Assembly: GCA_965112155.1 (NCBI GenBank)
Contig: OZ218114.1
Reading direction: 5' to 3' (one strand)
DNA from: Podarcis liolepis
Lineage: Eukaryota
Length of the DNA: 64,000 bases
Shown here: one piece after another, positions 25,046 to 36,463 of the stretch
Layout: each line of letters starts with the position of its first letter
Numbering within the stretch: the stretch's first letter is position 1
Made by a program: the position numbers and the translations under genes
Notes under the pieces: model-generated
Told to the model about the DNA's origin: nothing
The model's database searches: none
What the model saw: only the letters and a program-made list of their open reading frames with translations

Positions 25046-25874
25046 TCCTAGAGCATAGCCCCCAGTCTTCTGTAGAAGAGGTTCTACAGAAGACTGCAAA
25101 GGGTTCCTTGGCAAATAGGCCTTTGGAGCACCAGAAATGATGCCCTAATGATGCAAATTTCTAACACACTGATCTTTCATTTGAGAAGAGTGGTTGACAT
25201 ACTATCCATCTCTCCGGACTAGAGATGCTTCTGAAATTCCCATCCAAATTCCATTTTAAAAATTATGTATATCAAAATTTCTCCCTGGATTTGGGACTTG
25301 CAAATTACCTGGTCTTGCTTCTGAAGTGGAACCAATGCATTAGTAATCCTCTGTGCTCCATTTAAATAATAATAATAATTCTCTCTGTTCTCTTTTATTA
25401 TGTTTAATTTTATGTTATATATTTTTACCAGTATAAGCCACCTGGACGGCCCTTTTGACTGTGGACAGGTGGGGTATAAATGGTATTGTGAATTCAGTTT
25501 TACGAAGCAAGTGTTAGGTAATCAAGTGATATGTGTGTATATATGTTTGGTGTTAAATGGTCCCTAAGGAAACCCGCTAAATACATTTTGGGGGCTTAAT
25601 TGCTACACTCACTATCTCTTCGGAGACCCTAGAATACTCTGTTTTCTGACTTAACTACAAGTGTTGCAACCTAATGACTCTAGATACTAAAAGTGGCTAC
25701 TCTCCCTGCATGTATAAAGCCAATTCCTTTGCCACCACTGGGAAAATATATTGTTTCCAATTAAAAACTGAGTCCTACTGTTGACCACAGTTTGTGGTGG
25801 CATTCATTTTTCATGACAAATGTCAGCATTGGTTGTCAGGCAATGTTTGATAATGCACATATTTCATACCGTAG

Positions 25875-25959
25875 GACACATGGTATGAGTTCAGAGTTCT
25901 GGCTGTCATGCAAGACCTCATCAGTGAACCCAGCAACATTGCCGGCGTATCCAGCACAG
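25875..25959 (+). CDS. IGSF9B: IGSF9B exon, C-part of FN3-2 (DTWYEFRVLAVMQDLISEPSNIAGVSST)
   Basis: ccgtag|GAC ... ACA G|gtaagg; 85 nt, phase 0-1. Confidence 0.93.
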
Positions 25960-26751
25960 GTAAGGAAGTGCTTTCTCCACCTTCCATTAAGCTTTTTCAC
26001 CAGCCAAACCTAATCTGTGGATGGGCAAGATCATCACAAGGAATGGGTCCTTCTTGAGAATGGCCTCAGAACTGAGGAATTGTCCTGGCCCTCTCTGCCA
26101 GATGAAGAATTTGAACTCAGTTTTGTTTTTCTGCCAAATTATTTAATGCATAAATCTGAGTGATACATAGAGGAGGGTAAGACTATCAATGACTACTGGC
26201 CACAATGGCCATGCTCTGCCTCCACTATTGGAGGCAGTAATGCTTCTGAGGAGGGGAGAGTGTTATTTTGCTTGGATCCTGCTTATGTGTTTCCCTTGGG
26301 CATCTAGTTGGCCACTGTGAGAACAGGATGCTGGACTAGAAGTGCTCCTGGCCTGATCCAGCTTAACTTGTGGTTCTCTGGATTTTGTTGGGCTATTCCT
26401 CCCACCATCCCTGACCATTGGCCATGCTGGCTGGGGCTAATGGGAGATGTAGTTCAACAACTTCTAGACGGCCATAACAGACCTGTTAAATGTTGAAGGA
26501 GCCAAAAGCCTTGTTCCCCCCCCCCCACATGGAGATGTGTTTGAGATGTTGACTGTTGTCCAAACCTCTTCAAAACTGCCTACCACAGCATGGCAGCATC
26601 AACCATTTTCCAATGAAATCTCCTCAAATGTGTGTGGTGAAGAGATGATGGAAGGAATTCCATTTGTTTATTCTTACTCTGACGGTCTCCCTGAAGAACA
26701 AGTGCCTGTAGCCATGTCTTAAGAGGCTCCCCTATTCTCTGTCTCTCCCAG

Positions 26752-26913
26752 ACATATTTCCACAGCCAGAGCTGACTGATGAAGGCTTGGCCCGGCCTGT
26801 GCTGGCTGGAATAGTTGCCACCATTTGCTTCCTCGCGGCTGCCATCCTATTCAGCACTCTAGCTGCCTGCTTCGTCAACAAGCAACGCAAACGGAAACTT
26901 AAGCGCAAAAAAG
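26752..26913 (+). CDS. IGSF9B: IGSF9B transmembrane exon (DIFPQPELTDEGLARPVLAGIVATICFLAAAILFSTLAACFVNKQRKRKLKRKK)
   Basis: cccag|AC ... AAA G|gtgagt; 162 nt, phase 1-1; hydrophobic helix followed by a basic stop-transfer segment. Confidence 0.95.
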
Positions 26914-27091
26914 GTGAGTCTGTACCTTGCATTTCCTGGAAAATTAAGGCAATAATCACCTAGGCGTCAAGACAGCCTTATACTCAGAAATCTCGAGGAA
27001 GTAGTTCTGGGATAAACATGCTGCAATCCAAGACACTTGCTTTCCTAGGTACAGAATATGTGTTCAAACTATTTCTCCTCCACCAAACGTA

Positions 27092-27422
27092 GGCCGCATT
27101 TGCACCATCCACTTAAAGCACCATGATACTACTTTAAACACGTATGGCTTTCCCGAAAGAATTCTGGAAGCTGCAGTTGGTTAAAGTTCTAAACATTGTT
27201 AGGAGGCCCCCATTCCCCTCACAGAGCTACAATTTCCAGGGTTTTCTGTGAGGAGGAATTGATAGTTAAGCCATTCTGGGACTGGTAGCTCTGGGCAGGG
27301 GATAAGGGCCTCCTAACAACTCTCAGCACCCTGGACAAACTAACTCCCAGAATTCTTTGGGGGAAGCCATGACTGTTTAAAGTGGTATATCAGTGCGGTA
27401 AATGGATGGTGTGAATGTGGTC
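27092..27422. mobile_element. Palindromic MITE (Harbinger-like); partial copy at about 28410-28613
   Basis: Long imperfect TIRs GGCCGCATTTGCACCATCCA / TGGATGGTGTGAATGTGGTC. Confidence 0.6.
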
Positions 27423-28296
27423 TTAAAATGTCTCTCTACACCCCCACTTGCCTACTTTGGTATCCAGCTAAGTTGTGTAATACTGTGTTTTAATATTAGT
27501 GCATTGTGTTTTAATTGTTGTATCCTATCCTGGGACCTTATGGCAAAGTATGGTTAATAAATTGTAGTAGTAGTAATAATAATAAGAGTAGTCCCGTTAA
27601 AACTAATGTGCTTAAGTTAGTCATGGCCCTTCATTTCAATGGGTGGGGTGTCGCATGACCAAACGTTTAATAATAATACCACAAAGCATTTGATGTCTGG
27701 AAAAAAGAAGTTGACGTCGCCTTCTCCCTGATGTGCTAGTTTTATATGCAGTGCTACTATAAAACACTGATATGCAGTGTTAGGGCATGCTCTCCCTGCT
27801 GAAATACAAGAGGCCCTATCGTATTGGCATTCCACTGGCTTCTGTAGACAAACCTGTGCAGGCAAGCATTTCCCGGAACTCGAACTTTGTGTTTTGTTTA
27901 AATAATATTTTTAATGAGCTTTTTTTCTTGTGTATTTTAATGATGGATGTTTTTAATGTTTTTTTTTATGGAATTCCTTTATTGCATATATTGCATGTGT
28001 GTGTGTTTTATAATTGATGTTATACTTGTAAAGTGCTTAGAAACCATTTTGACATGTAAGCAGTGTATAAATTAATAGATGATGATGATATGTGCAGCAG
28101 CATCTGGTCATGTGGAGAAACATTTAATGTTGTGAACATCCTGTAATAGTGGGGATACCCAGCTTACATTGGCTGCAAGGGTGAGTTTCTTGTTCTGTTT
28201 TTCAGTGTTGGAAAAGTAAGAAATAGGGTGCTTCATTCAATGTTGTCCTTTCAACTCTTTTAATTATTTCTCCCACACCCCCTTTATATTTTCCAG

Positions 28297-28342
28297 ACCC
28301 TCCTCTCTCAATAACCCATTGCAGAAAGAGTTTAGAGTCTCC
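28297..28342 (+). CDS. IGSF9B: IGSF9B juxtamembrane exon (DPPLSITHCRKSLESP)
   Basis: ttccag|AC ... TCT CC|gtaagt; 46 nt, phase 1-2. Confidence 0.93.
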
Positions 28343-28813
28343 GTAAGTATCTGTGTGTTGGGGAAAAAAAGCAGAAGAAAATCTATGAAATCATCAGTTA
28401 AAAGCAGCCATTCCCCTTGAGAGTTACACTTCTCAGAGTTCCCTGGGAAGATGGATTAAATGGTTAAACCACCCTGAGAAATGTAGGAATAGAAGGGTTT
28501 CCTAACAACTCTCAGTACCCTTAACAAGCTTCATCTCCCACAATTATTTAGGGGAAGCCATGATTGTTTAAAGTGGTATTGTGGTGTTTTAAACGTATGA
28601 CGTGAATGTGGCCTTTGCAAAGGAGAAGTAATATTAATAATAATGTCCCACCCTAACTTCTGCTTATTCATTTTACATCCAGTTAAGGGGTTTATGTTAT
28701 ATAGTGCTCATACATCCTTTTATTCAAACTGTGGTATTAAGCAAACTACAGACGTTGGTCTCCTCTGTGATCCATTATTAAAATTATGCCCCCCCCCCTT
28801 TTCTATGGCACAG

Positions 28814-30445
28814 GTTGTCCTCTGGAAAAGTGAGCCCCGAGAGCATCCGGACGCTCCGTCCCCCCTCTGAATCTTCCGATGACCAGGGCCCACCTGGCAA
28901 GCGGATGCTTAGCCCCAGCAAGGAGAAGGAGCTCTCCCTTTACAAGAAGACCAAGCGAGCCATCAGCAGCAAAAAGTACAGTGTTTCCAAGGCTGAGGCA
29001 GAAGCTGAGGCGACCACCCCCATCGAACTCATCAGCCGCGGGCCAGACGGCCGTTTTGTCATGGATCCTTCGGAGATGGAGCCCTCCCTCAAGACCCGCA
29101 GAATAGAGGGCTTCCCCTTTGTGGAGGAGACGGACATGTACCCGGAGTTCCGCCAGTCCGATGAAGAGAATGACGACCCTGTGATGCCTGCCTCTGTGAC
29201 AGCCCTCAAGTCCCAGCTGACTCCTCTCTCCTCCAGCCAGGAGTCTTACCTTCAGCCACCAGCATACAGCCCAAGGTTTCACCGGGGCCTGGAGGGGACG
29301 GGCACCATGGAGAGCCGCCTCCAAGCCACTGGCCAGGCCAGGCCTCCTGCCCCCAGGCCATTCCACCACGGCCCGTATTACGGTTACCTCAGCAGCAGCA
29401 GCCCCGGCGAGATGGACCCTCCGCCTTTCTACATGCCGGAGGTCAGCCCCCTCAGTTCTGTCATGTCCTCCCCTCCTCTGCACCCAGAGGGGCCTTTTGG
29501 TCATGCCACCATCCCTGAGGAGAACGGAGAGAACGCCTCCAACAGCACGCTGCCCCTGACCCAGACTCCGACGGGGGGCCGGTCCCCCGAGCCATGGGGC
29601 AGGGCCGAGTTCCCTTTCAGCGGCTTGGAATCGTCGCCCATCATGTTCCCCCACCAGCTCCACCAGTGCGAAATGGCCGAGAGCCTGCAGCCAAAGGCCA
29701 GTCTTCCTAGGGGACCACCACCTTCCTCGCTCCAGGTCCCCACATCCTACCCTGGCATCCTGGCCCTGGAGGCACCAAAGAGCTGGACTGGCAAGTCGCC
29801 AAGCAGAAGCCAACCTTCCATGCCCACCACCGCCAAATGGCAGGACAAACCTATGCAACCAATGGCGAGTCAAGGGCAGCTAAGACACACCAGTCAAGGC
29901 ATGGGCATACCTGTGTTGCCTTACCATGGGCCGTCCGAGTCAGTCAGCCACAGCGGCACAAGCACATTTGGCCTGGACACCAGGTGGTACGACCCCCAAC
30001 CCAGACCTCGGCCCAGCCCCCGGCAAGCCAGGAGGGCTGAGCCCAGTTTACATCAGGTGGTGCTACAACCTTCGAGGCTTTCCCCCCTGACCCAGAGCCC
30101 CCTCAGCTCCCGCACCAGCTCCCCAGAGCTAACGGCGCGGGCCAGGCCACGGCCGGGCCTCATCCACCAGGCGGAGATGTCTGAGATCACTCTGCAGCCT
30201 CCGGCAGCCGTCAGCTTCTCCCGCAAGTCCACCCCGTCAACAGGATCCCCTGCTCAGAGCAGCCGGGGAGGAAGCCCCAGCTTCCGGCCAGCCATGGCTT
30301 TCACTTCTCTGGCCACCGGCTATCCCCCCCCTCAGTGCCCTTCCCTGCCCGTGGAGCCCATAGACGTCTTCGGACAAATCCCCTCTCCAAGGAGGGGAGG
30401 GGAGGACATTCTTAGGCCGGAGCCGACACCAACAACCAGTTCGGG
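28814..30445 (+). CDS. IGSF9B: IGSF9B large Pro/Ser-rich cytoplasmic exon (LSSGKVSPESIRTLR...ELISRGPDGRFVM...PTTSSG)
   Basis: cacag|G TTG; 544-aa ORF 28815-30449; donor GG|gtaagt, phase 2; contains the IELISRGPDGRFV turtle-family motif. Confidence 0.96.
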
Positions 30446-31054
30446 GTAAGTGTGTGTGTGTGTGTGGACATTGCCTGCTTCCCCTCCCCCCCAGCCTCTC
30501 TCTCCCTCCCTGCCTCACCTGCTCCCATCCCTTCCCCACAACTTCTTCCCCTGCCACCATCACCTGAATCCATGTTGAGGCACGCTGCAGCAACTTTTTT
30601 GGAGATGGCCTCCAGCTGGGATTTCTAGTATTATTTCCCCCCTCCCTTCCCCAGTCAAGTTTTGCAGTGTTGGGCCACCCCCTGCCAATATCCATTACCC
30701 CCTCAGCATGGGCGATTAGATCCATAGGGTCCCTGGCCTTTGGGACTGTTGGGAATTGTGTACTGTTGGTTAGCTCAAGGGCTCTCCCTTTTCCTCCCCC
30801 ATCACAAGAAATAAAAATATTGAAGCTTTCATTTTTGTTTGGGAGTCACGTGTTGGGATGAAATGAAGAGGGTGTCCAAATGTCTAAAAACTGTAGGTTC
30901 AGGTGGTGTTTCTTTTCGCTTTGCAACTGGGTCAGCGAGCCCCAGATATTACCAGTATTTTCCTCTTCTAGTTCCTGGCTGTTTACTTTCCTGGGACATT
31001 AAGGCCTTGAGGCCCGCTCTTTGCCTTCTTCACATCCTTCTTTTACCCCCCGAG

Positions 31055-31195
31055 AGGGTTTGTCATCTTCCATGAACGAAACATGGCCGCACAAGCCGCC
31101 TTTTTCCACAACATCTCCAAAAGGGGTGCTGCAGCCCCACCCACAAGACTTGGGCGAGGCGAGAGAAACAAAGACATTAGCCACATGAACAGCTT
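31055..31195 (+). CDS. IGSF9B: Candidate frame-preserving cassette exon (GFVIFHERNMAAQAAFFHNISKRGAAAPPTRLGRGERNKDISHMNSL)
   Basis: Pyrimidine tract then ccgag|A; open frame; TT|gtaagg donor; 141 nt, phase 2-2 like the host intron. The GAG acceptor is atypical. Confidence 0.45.
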
Positions 31196-32052
31196 GTAAG
31201 GAGAGGACCAAAAAATTTAAAAAGTCAAAATCTACCCCAAACACACAGAAGTCAAATCAGGAAGCCGCCAGCACCCTCGGATCCTGTCCATGCAAGGGAT
31301 TGCAGCTGGCCAATTACCTCCAGCAGCTGGTTTTCCAGGTACCAGGGTTGCACCAGGCAAAGCGTCTTCTCTTTCTTTCCGTTTCTTCCTTCTCCTCCCC
31401 ACACCTCTGTCTTTCACACTAACTGTAGGTGCGTTCTCCTTCCATCCTTTTGTCTTTGTTGAAACAATTTTTTTGTTCTCCATGTAGTGGAGTTTGACTC
31501 CCCTTGCCCCTTCTCTTGATCCCCCAGCGTTGTGGAAATGAGTAGTGGTACCCTGCCCCCTGCCCAAATGGCTTGATGGAAACATGTGTAAATCAATTTG
31601 GATCAGGAGGGAGAAGTGACTCAACAGCAAGCAAGGAACAAAGGGTGGGCTGGTTAGACTGTGTGGTCGGCCTGGTATGTGATCCCAAGCAGTGGTTGTG
31701 GTAGGGTCATTGTAGAGCAAAGGTGTGAGACTTGAGTATAGCGTGGGAAGCTGGCTTTTCACCCCCTTGCCAAACATCCTTGCATTCTACCTATACTCTC
31801 TGGTACCTGGAAGCACTTAAGTCTTTGGAGACCCATTTAGCAAGGTTATTGGTTGCTGCTTCAGGATATTGGACCCAAGGGATAAGAGACATGTCTTTGC
31901 ACTAAACTGCTGAAGGGTGCTGTAAACGACTAGCAAAATGAAAGCAACCTCTGTTACTTTAAACCTATGCTTGTATAGACAATCTGAAACCTAATGGATC
32001 CAAGACTTCCACTTAAAGACCACATATGGGAACATATTAGGACACTCTCGAG

Positions 32053-32188
32053 CAGTGTTCTTGAATATTGGGCTCCCATATATTGTTGATCTACAACTCC
32101 CATCATCCCCGACAATTGGCTTAGTTGGCTGGGGATGATGGGAGTTGTAGTCCAACAGCATCTGGGGATCCAAGGTTGAAGAACACTA
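32053..32188. mobile_element. Palindromic hAT MITE
   Basis: CAGTGTTCTTGAA / TTGAAGAACACTA; TSD ctctcgag/ctctagag. Confidence 0.75.
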
Positions 32189-32800
32189 CTCTAGAGGACA
32201 CGTCCACACTACAAACTTCATACCGTTCTAACTGCCACGACTTCCCCCCGAAGAATCATGGGAATTGTAGTGGTTTTTCAGCTGAACACTTCCTGTTAAG
32301 AGATCCCTAACCCACCTTTACCCTCTCACAAGTGTGTCAAATTTAATTTTAATGTGTCAAATTTCTCCCCATTAATGGTACCCCCAAACCATTCACTGTC
32401 CTACTTGATGTTGAGGCTGGCCCTACCCTCCTCATGCAAATGCAGTTCCCAGGCTTCCCTGGAAGGAGGAAATGAATGTTGAGCTGGCTTCAGGTCTGCA
32501 GCCTGAAGCTTTCTGCAGGTCTGCAGCTTTCTCTGTGTTAGCGCCCTGTTGTCTGTGCTTTGAAGCCATGCCTTCTATACACTTTCACCATCCTTTCTTT
32601 TGTTTCCATTTCTTTCCCCCCTTTGTTTTTCCAGCATTGTTTGTTTGCTTCTTTTGTGTTTCAGTTTCTTTCCCCCTCACTTTTCCTTTTGGATTTATTT
32701 TATTATATATTTTTTTCCTCCTCCGTTTGACTTGCTGATGTCTTGTGGAGCTTGGCTCCTTGCGGGTGTTGATAACTGCTTTGTTTTTGATTAATCTCAG

Positions 32801-32846
32801 CTATCTGGGCAGTGTTGTCGAGACAAGCCACTCCTCAGCTCAATAG
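32801..32846 (+). CDS. IGSF9B: Candidate 46-nt cassette exon ending in a stop codon (GYLGSVVETSHSSAQ*)
   Basis: Long U/C-rich upstream region, aatctcag|C, strong donor TAG|gtaagg; entering in phase 2 puts TAG in the last three exon bases. Confidence 0.6.
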
Positions 32847-34008
32847 GTAAGGGCGATCAATGTCTGGAAGGATGGTGCTGTGGGGCGTGGTTGGGGAGAG
32901 GGGCATGGGAGGGGATTCCAAAGGAGGGGGGCTCTTTTCAATAACATATATCTATATATCTATACATTTCCTTTAAAGGGGAATAAGGTATTGCAAAATC
33001 CAGGACAAACCTTTGCACACTTAGTCCTTGTGGCTTTTGGGTTTCCCCATTCTCTTGTACATCTCCCTCTCTCTATAAGCACAGACTCTATATCAGCCAA
33101 ACTTTTTCGGCCCACTGACCCCTTGATTCCATAAACTCTTCCCCAGTGCCCCCTACTCTATAAAAAGCATTGCTAAGAATAGCAGTTTGCCTTAGTAACA
33201 ATAAATTGAACATGTATCCAAAATCCAATTTAGTTTAATTAATTCAACAAAACTAATTAACTTGATCCAGTGATACCAGCTTTTCTAAGTTAAAAAGTTA
33301 TTTACACCTCTCACACCTCCCCCCTGCTGCCCCCTTGCTCCTCAAGAGTGCGCCCCGTCACCAAGAAGGACCACAATAAATGGATATCAAGTGGAGCAAT
33401 GCGACTGAAGCAGTGAGCTCAGGTTCTAGCCTAACACTTTTAACCGCCATACCAGTCAGAAGTTCCAAACCCCGTTCTTCAGAGACCCTCCCATATAGCT
33501 TGCTGTGTATGAGATTATATTACCCATCTCTTCCCCATACTTAATGAACAGGCTGGCCTTACCATTAGGCAGAGTGAGGCAGCCACCCCAAGCAGCTGAT
33601 TTTGGGTGTCATGAAAGGGCAGCAAACTGCTAACTCCCCATTTATGCATACTATATTTGATGTGACGGTGCACATGCAACATGCCACAAACCCAGAAGTG
33701 GAACCTGGAAATGTGGAGCACCCTGGAGAGTCTTCCTGGCTCACCAGCAGACCTTCTTTGGGCTCTGGGGAGGGTCTCCTTGTGAGCCAATAGGACTCTC
33801 CAGGGTGCTCCATTTACACACAGGGAAGCCTGGAACAAAACCGCTGCATAAACTGGGAGATGCCTCTATTTCATTTATAATTATTTTTAGTGATGGGGAC
33901 AGGGAGCAGGGCTTTGGGATGTTCTGTCTCAGGTGCCATAATAATTGTCATGGCCTTGAGACCTGTGCACCTTGGCTGTCAGGAGCGGGAGGAGCCTTTT
34001 GCAAGACC

Positions 34009-34226
34009 CATATCCTCCAATTTTTTTCTGATGAAAATGAAGACACCCCCTGCAACATTTTTCCGATGAAAATAGGCACATCCTATTCCATTCCCTCCAA
34101 CATTTCTCCAATGTAAATAGGGATGTCCTAAGAAAAAGTGGGACATTCCAGGATCAAATCAGAAACCAGGATGGCTTCTGTAAATCTGGGACTTTTCCTG
34201 GAAAATAGAGGCACTTGGAGGGTCTG
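34009..34226. mobile_element. hAT-like MITE
   Basis: Imperfect TIRs CATATCCTCCAA / TTGGAGGGTCTG with gggac-type subterminal motifs. Confidence 0.5.
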
Positions 34227-36412
34227 CGAGACCCACTGACAGAATCTCAAACCGCCACCCTTGGGTGGCAACATGCCAAATACTGGATGAAACCTCTTTG
34301 TTCTCACCATTCTTCTTAGCAAAATAGCAAAAGGAGAGGCTTTGACAGAACCCTTAGTAGTCTGCTGTAAAGGCCTGGTTGGCTTTGCTTGCCCAAAAAA
34401 TGACCACAAATTGTGCAGGCACTGATTTATGTCCTGCAACATTGATCTACTAGGAGTCTCTCCTTAAATGAGAGAGGCTGGGCATTTCTGCCCTGTGTGA
34501 AAACCGGCAGATGATAAGCGACTGCATACTCTGTTGTTATTTAAAAAGAGACTCCATAAAGAAGAGAGGCAAGTGATAGCTTTATGATTTGGGGTTGTAA
34601 AGTTGTCAGTGGGTGAAGCGTTGCTGGGCACTTTATGACCAGGTCAGTATACAGCCATCCCCACCCGCAAGCACACACGCACACAACCCCACTGTTTTAT
34701 GGAGCCATAAAAACTGAAGAGGGACATGGTTTATGAGATTTGTGCAGACGCCTTAGATCAGCTCACTTCCACGGCGGGGATGCAGACAAATTTGGACAGG
34801 CATCTGGAGCATTGCCGTCAGTGTCTCTGGATGACTCTCTCTTCTGCAACATAAAAAACCCAGTGCCGTCTTCTGAGGACTGGGGAATGGATTTCAATAC
34901 AAGGTCATGCCAGGGGAACTGCAGGCCAAGTTACACTTAAGATCCTGGGTGATTTATTCTAGGCCTCCCTAATGGAAGGCCCATTAATACCCAGTGGCAG
35001 CTTGGATGGGACTGCTATACCAGGCTCCTTAGTCCACCCCGTGCTGCAGTCTTTTGCAGCTTGGCACCCTCCAAATGTTTTGGGACTCCCATCAACCCCA
35101 GCCAATGGTGAGGGATGATGGTAGGTGTAGCCTCAACAGCAATATCTGGAGGGCCACAGGCTCCCCATTTCCTGCCTTGGTAGATCACATGACCAAAAGA
35201 TGGGAAGCCACTTTGAATCAGCTTGGACCATTTCTCCCTCTAGCCCAGATTATCCTTTCTGACTAGCAGCAGCTTTCCGGGATCTTGGGAGGAGAGTCTT
35301 TATCATCACCTGCTACCTGAACTGTTTAACTGAGCCAGGGACCTTCTGCATTCAAAGTAAGGACTGTGCCACTGAGCCATGGCCTGGTTTGATTTGCGTT
35401 GTCATCGCCCTCTTTTCAGTTTTTAATCTGGGCTGTATGTACAACACACACACTCAACTTTCTGCACATTCGACCATTCAAATTTTGCATCAATGAAAGC
35501 TGGATAAGGTACCCTCACCAAATATTTGCAAAGTTTGTGTGATGCTCTTATTTCATATAATTTATTTTGTTTTTGCTAGTTGTGGAGAGCAGGCTGCTAA
35601 AATCCTGCCTCTTAACTGTTGCACAAACCCTGTCTGGCTTCTGGGATCTCAGCAAGCATTGCCCACACATTTTCAAAAATATATTTGTGTCCGTATGGGC
35701 TAGAAACTTGACTTTTCATGGTTGAAAGCATTGGTTCTCGGGTGGGGGCGAAGCACTGGTTCTCAGGAAGCTGAATTGTGGGTGTGCAGTACTGCACCCT
35801 GCAGTCCTTTCGGATATAAAAAGCTATGTGTGTGCACTCAGTTCACTGTGAATGTCTGTTAGCCAAGGACAGGCCTCCTTGTCCCCTCACAGTTAATCTC
35901 ATCTCTGCAATGGGAAACCCAAAAACCACAAGGCCAAGCTGGTGTCCTGCGTGCTCTTCCCTTAAGTGGGGCAGGGCTTTCTGCTAATAGCCCTAGATGT
36001 GAGCCTAGGTGGGGGTTGGCCAGGACTTGCATATGCCCTGACAGTTGTCACTCTGGTGTACATCTTTTGGAGTTTGAGGACTCTTGTCTGTCTGTCTTTT
36101 TTGGAAGAGAAGAGTTTTCCCCTTTAAAGGCTGTCCATGTGCCAGTTCTCTGCATGCATTTCACACTCGCTCTGGCTTGGAGAAGTTGTAAGTCCTCTTT
36201 GTCTGATTGCTTTTTCTCTCTTATTTCATTATGATTTCTACCTTACGTTTTGCTTTCTCTCTCTTTTCTCACTCCATTGTTACTACTTTTTCCTCTTCTT
36301 TCCTTCCCCTCCTTCTCCTGCCTCCTCCCCTCCTCCCACCTCTCTCTCCTTACCTCCCAACCTGTGCCTCCTCTCCCTTGTTCCTTTCCCTTCTCCATCC
36401 CTCTCCTGTCAG

Positions 36413-36463
36413 CATGGTGAAAATCCGCTGTGTAGACAAGCTGTGCTGTCCCCCGCAAACCTG
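36413..36463 (+). CDS. IGSF9B: Candidate 51-nt or alternative terminal exon (GMVKIRCVDKLCCPPQT[W]*)
   Basis: About 218 nt of AG-free polypyrimidine sequence (36193-36410), then tgtcag|C; possible donor TG|gtgaag, phase 2-2. Confidence 0.5.

Noticed and set aside
28803-29873. 356-aa antisense ORF
   Set aside because: A shadow of the GC-rich IGSF9B coding exon, with no recognisable domain.
31261-31338. 78-nt phase 2-2 segment (cag|G AAG CCG...TCC AG|gtacca)
   Set aside because: The upstream sequence is A-rich with no pyrimidine tract, and only 65 nt separate it from the preceding candidate donor. Too weak to call.
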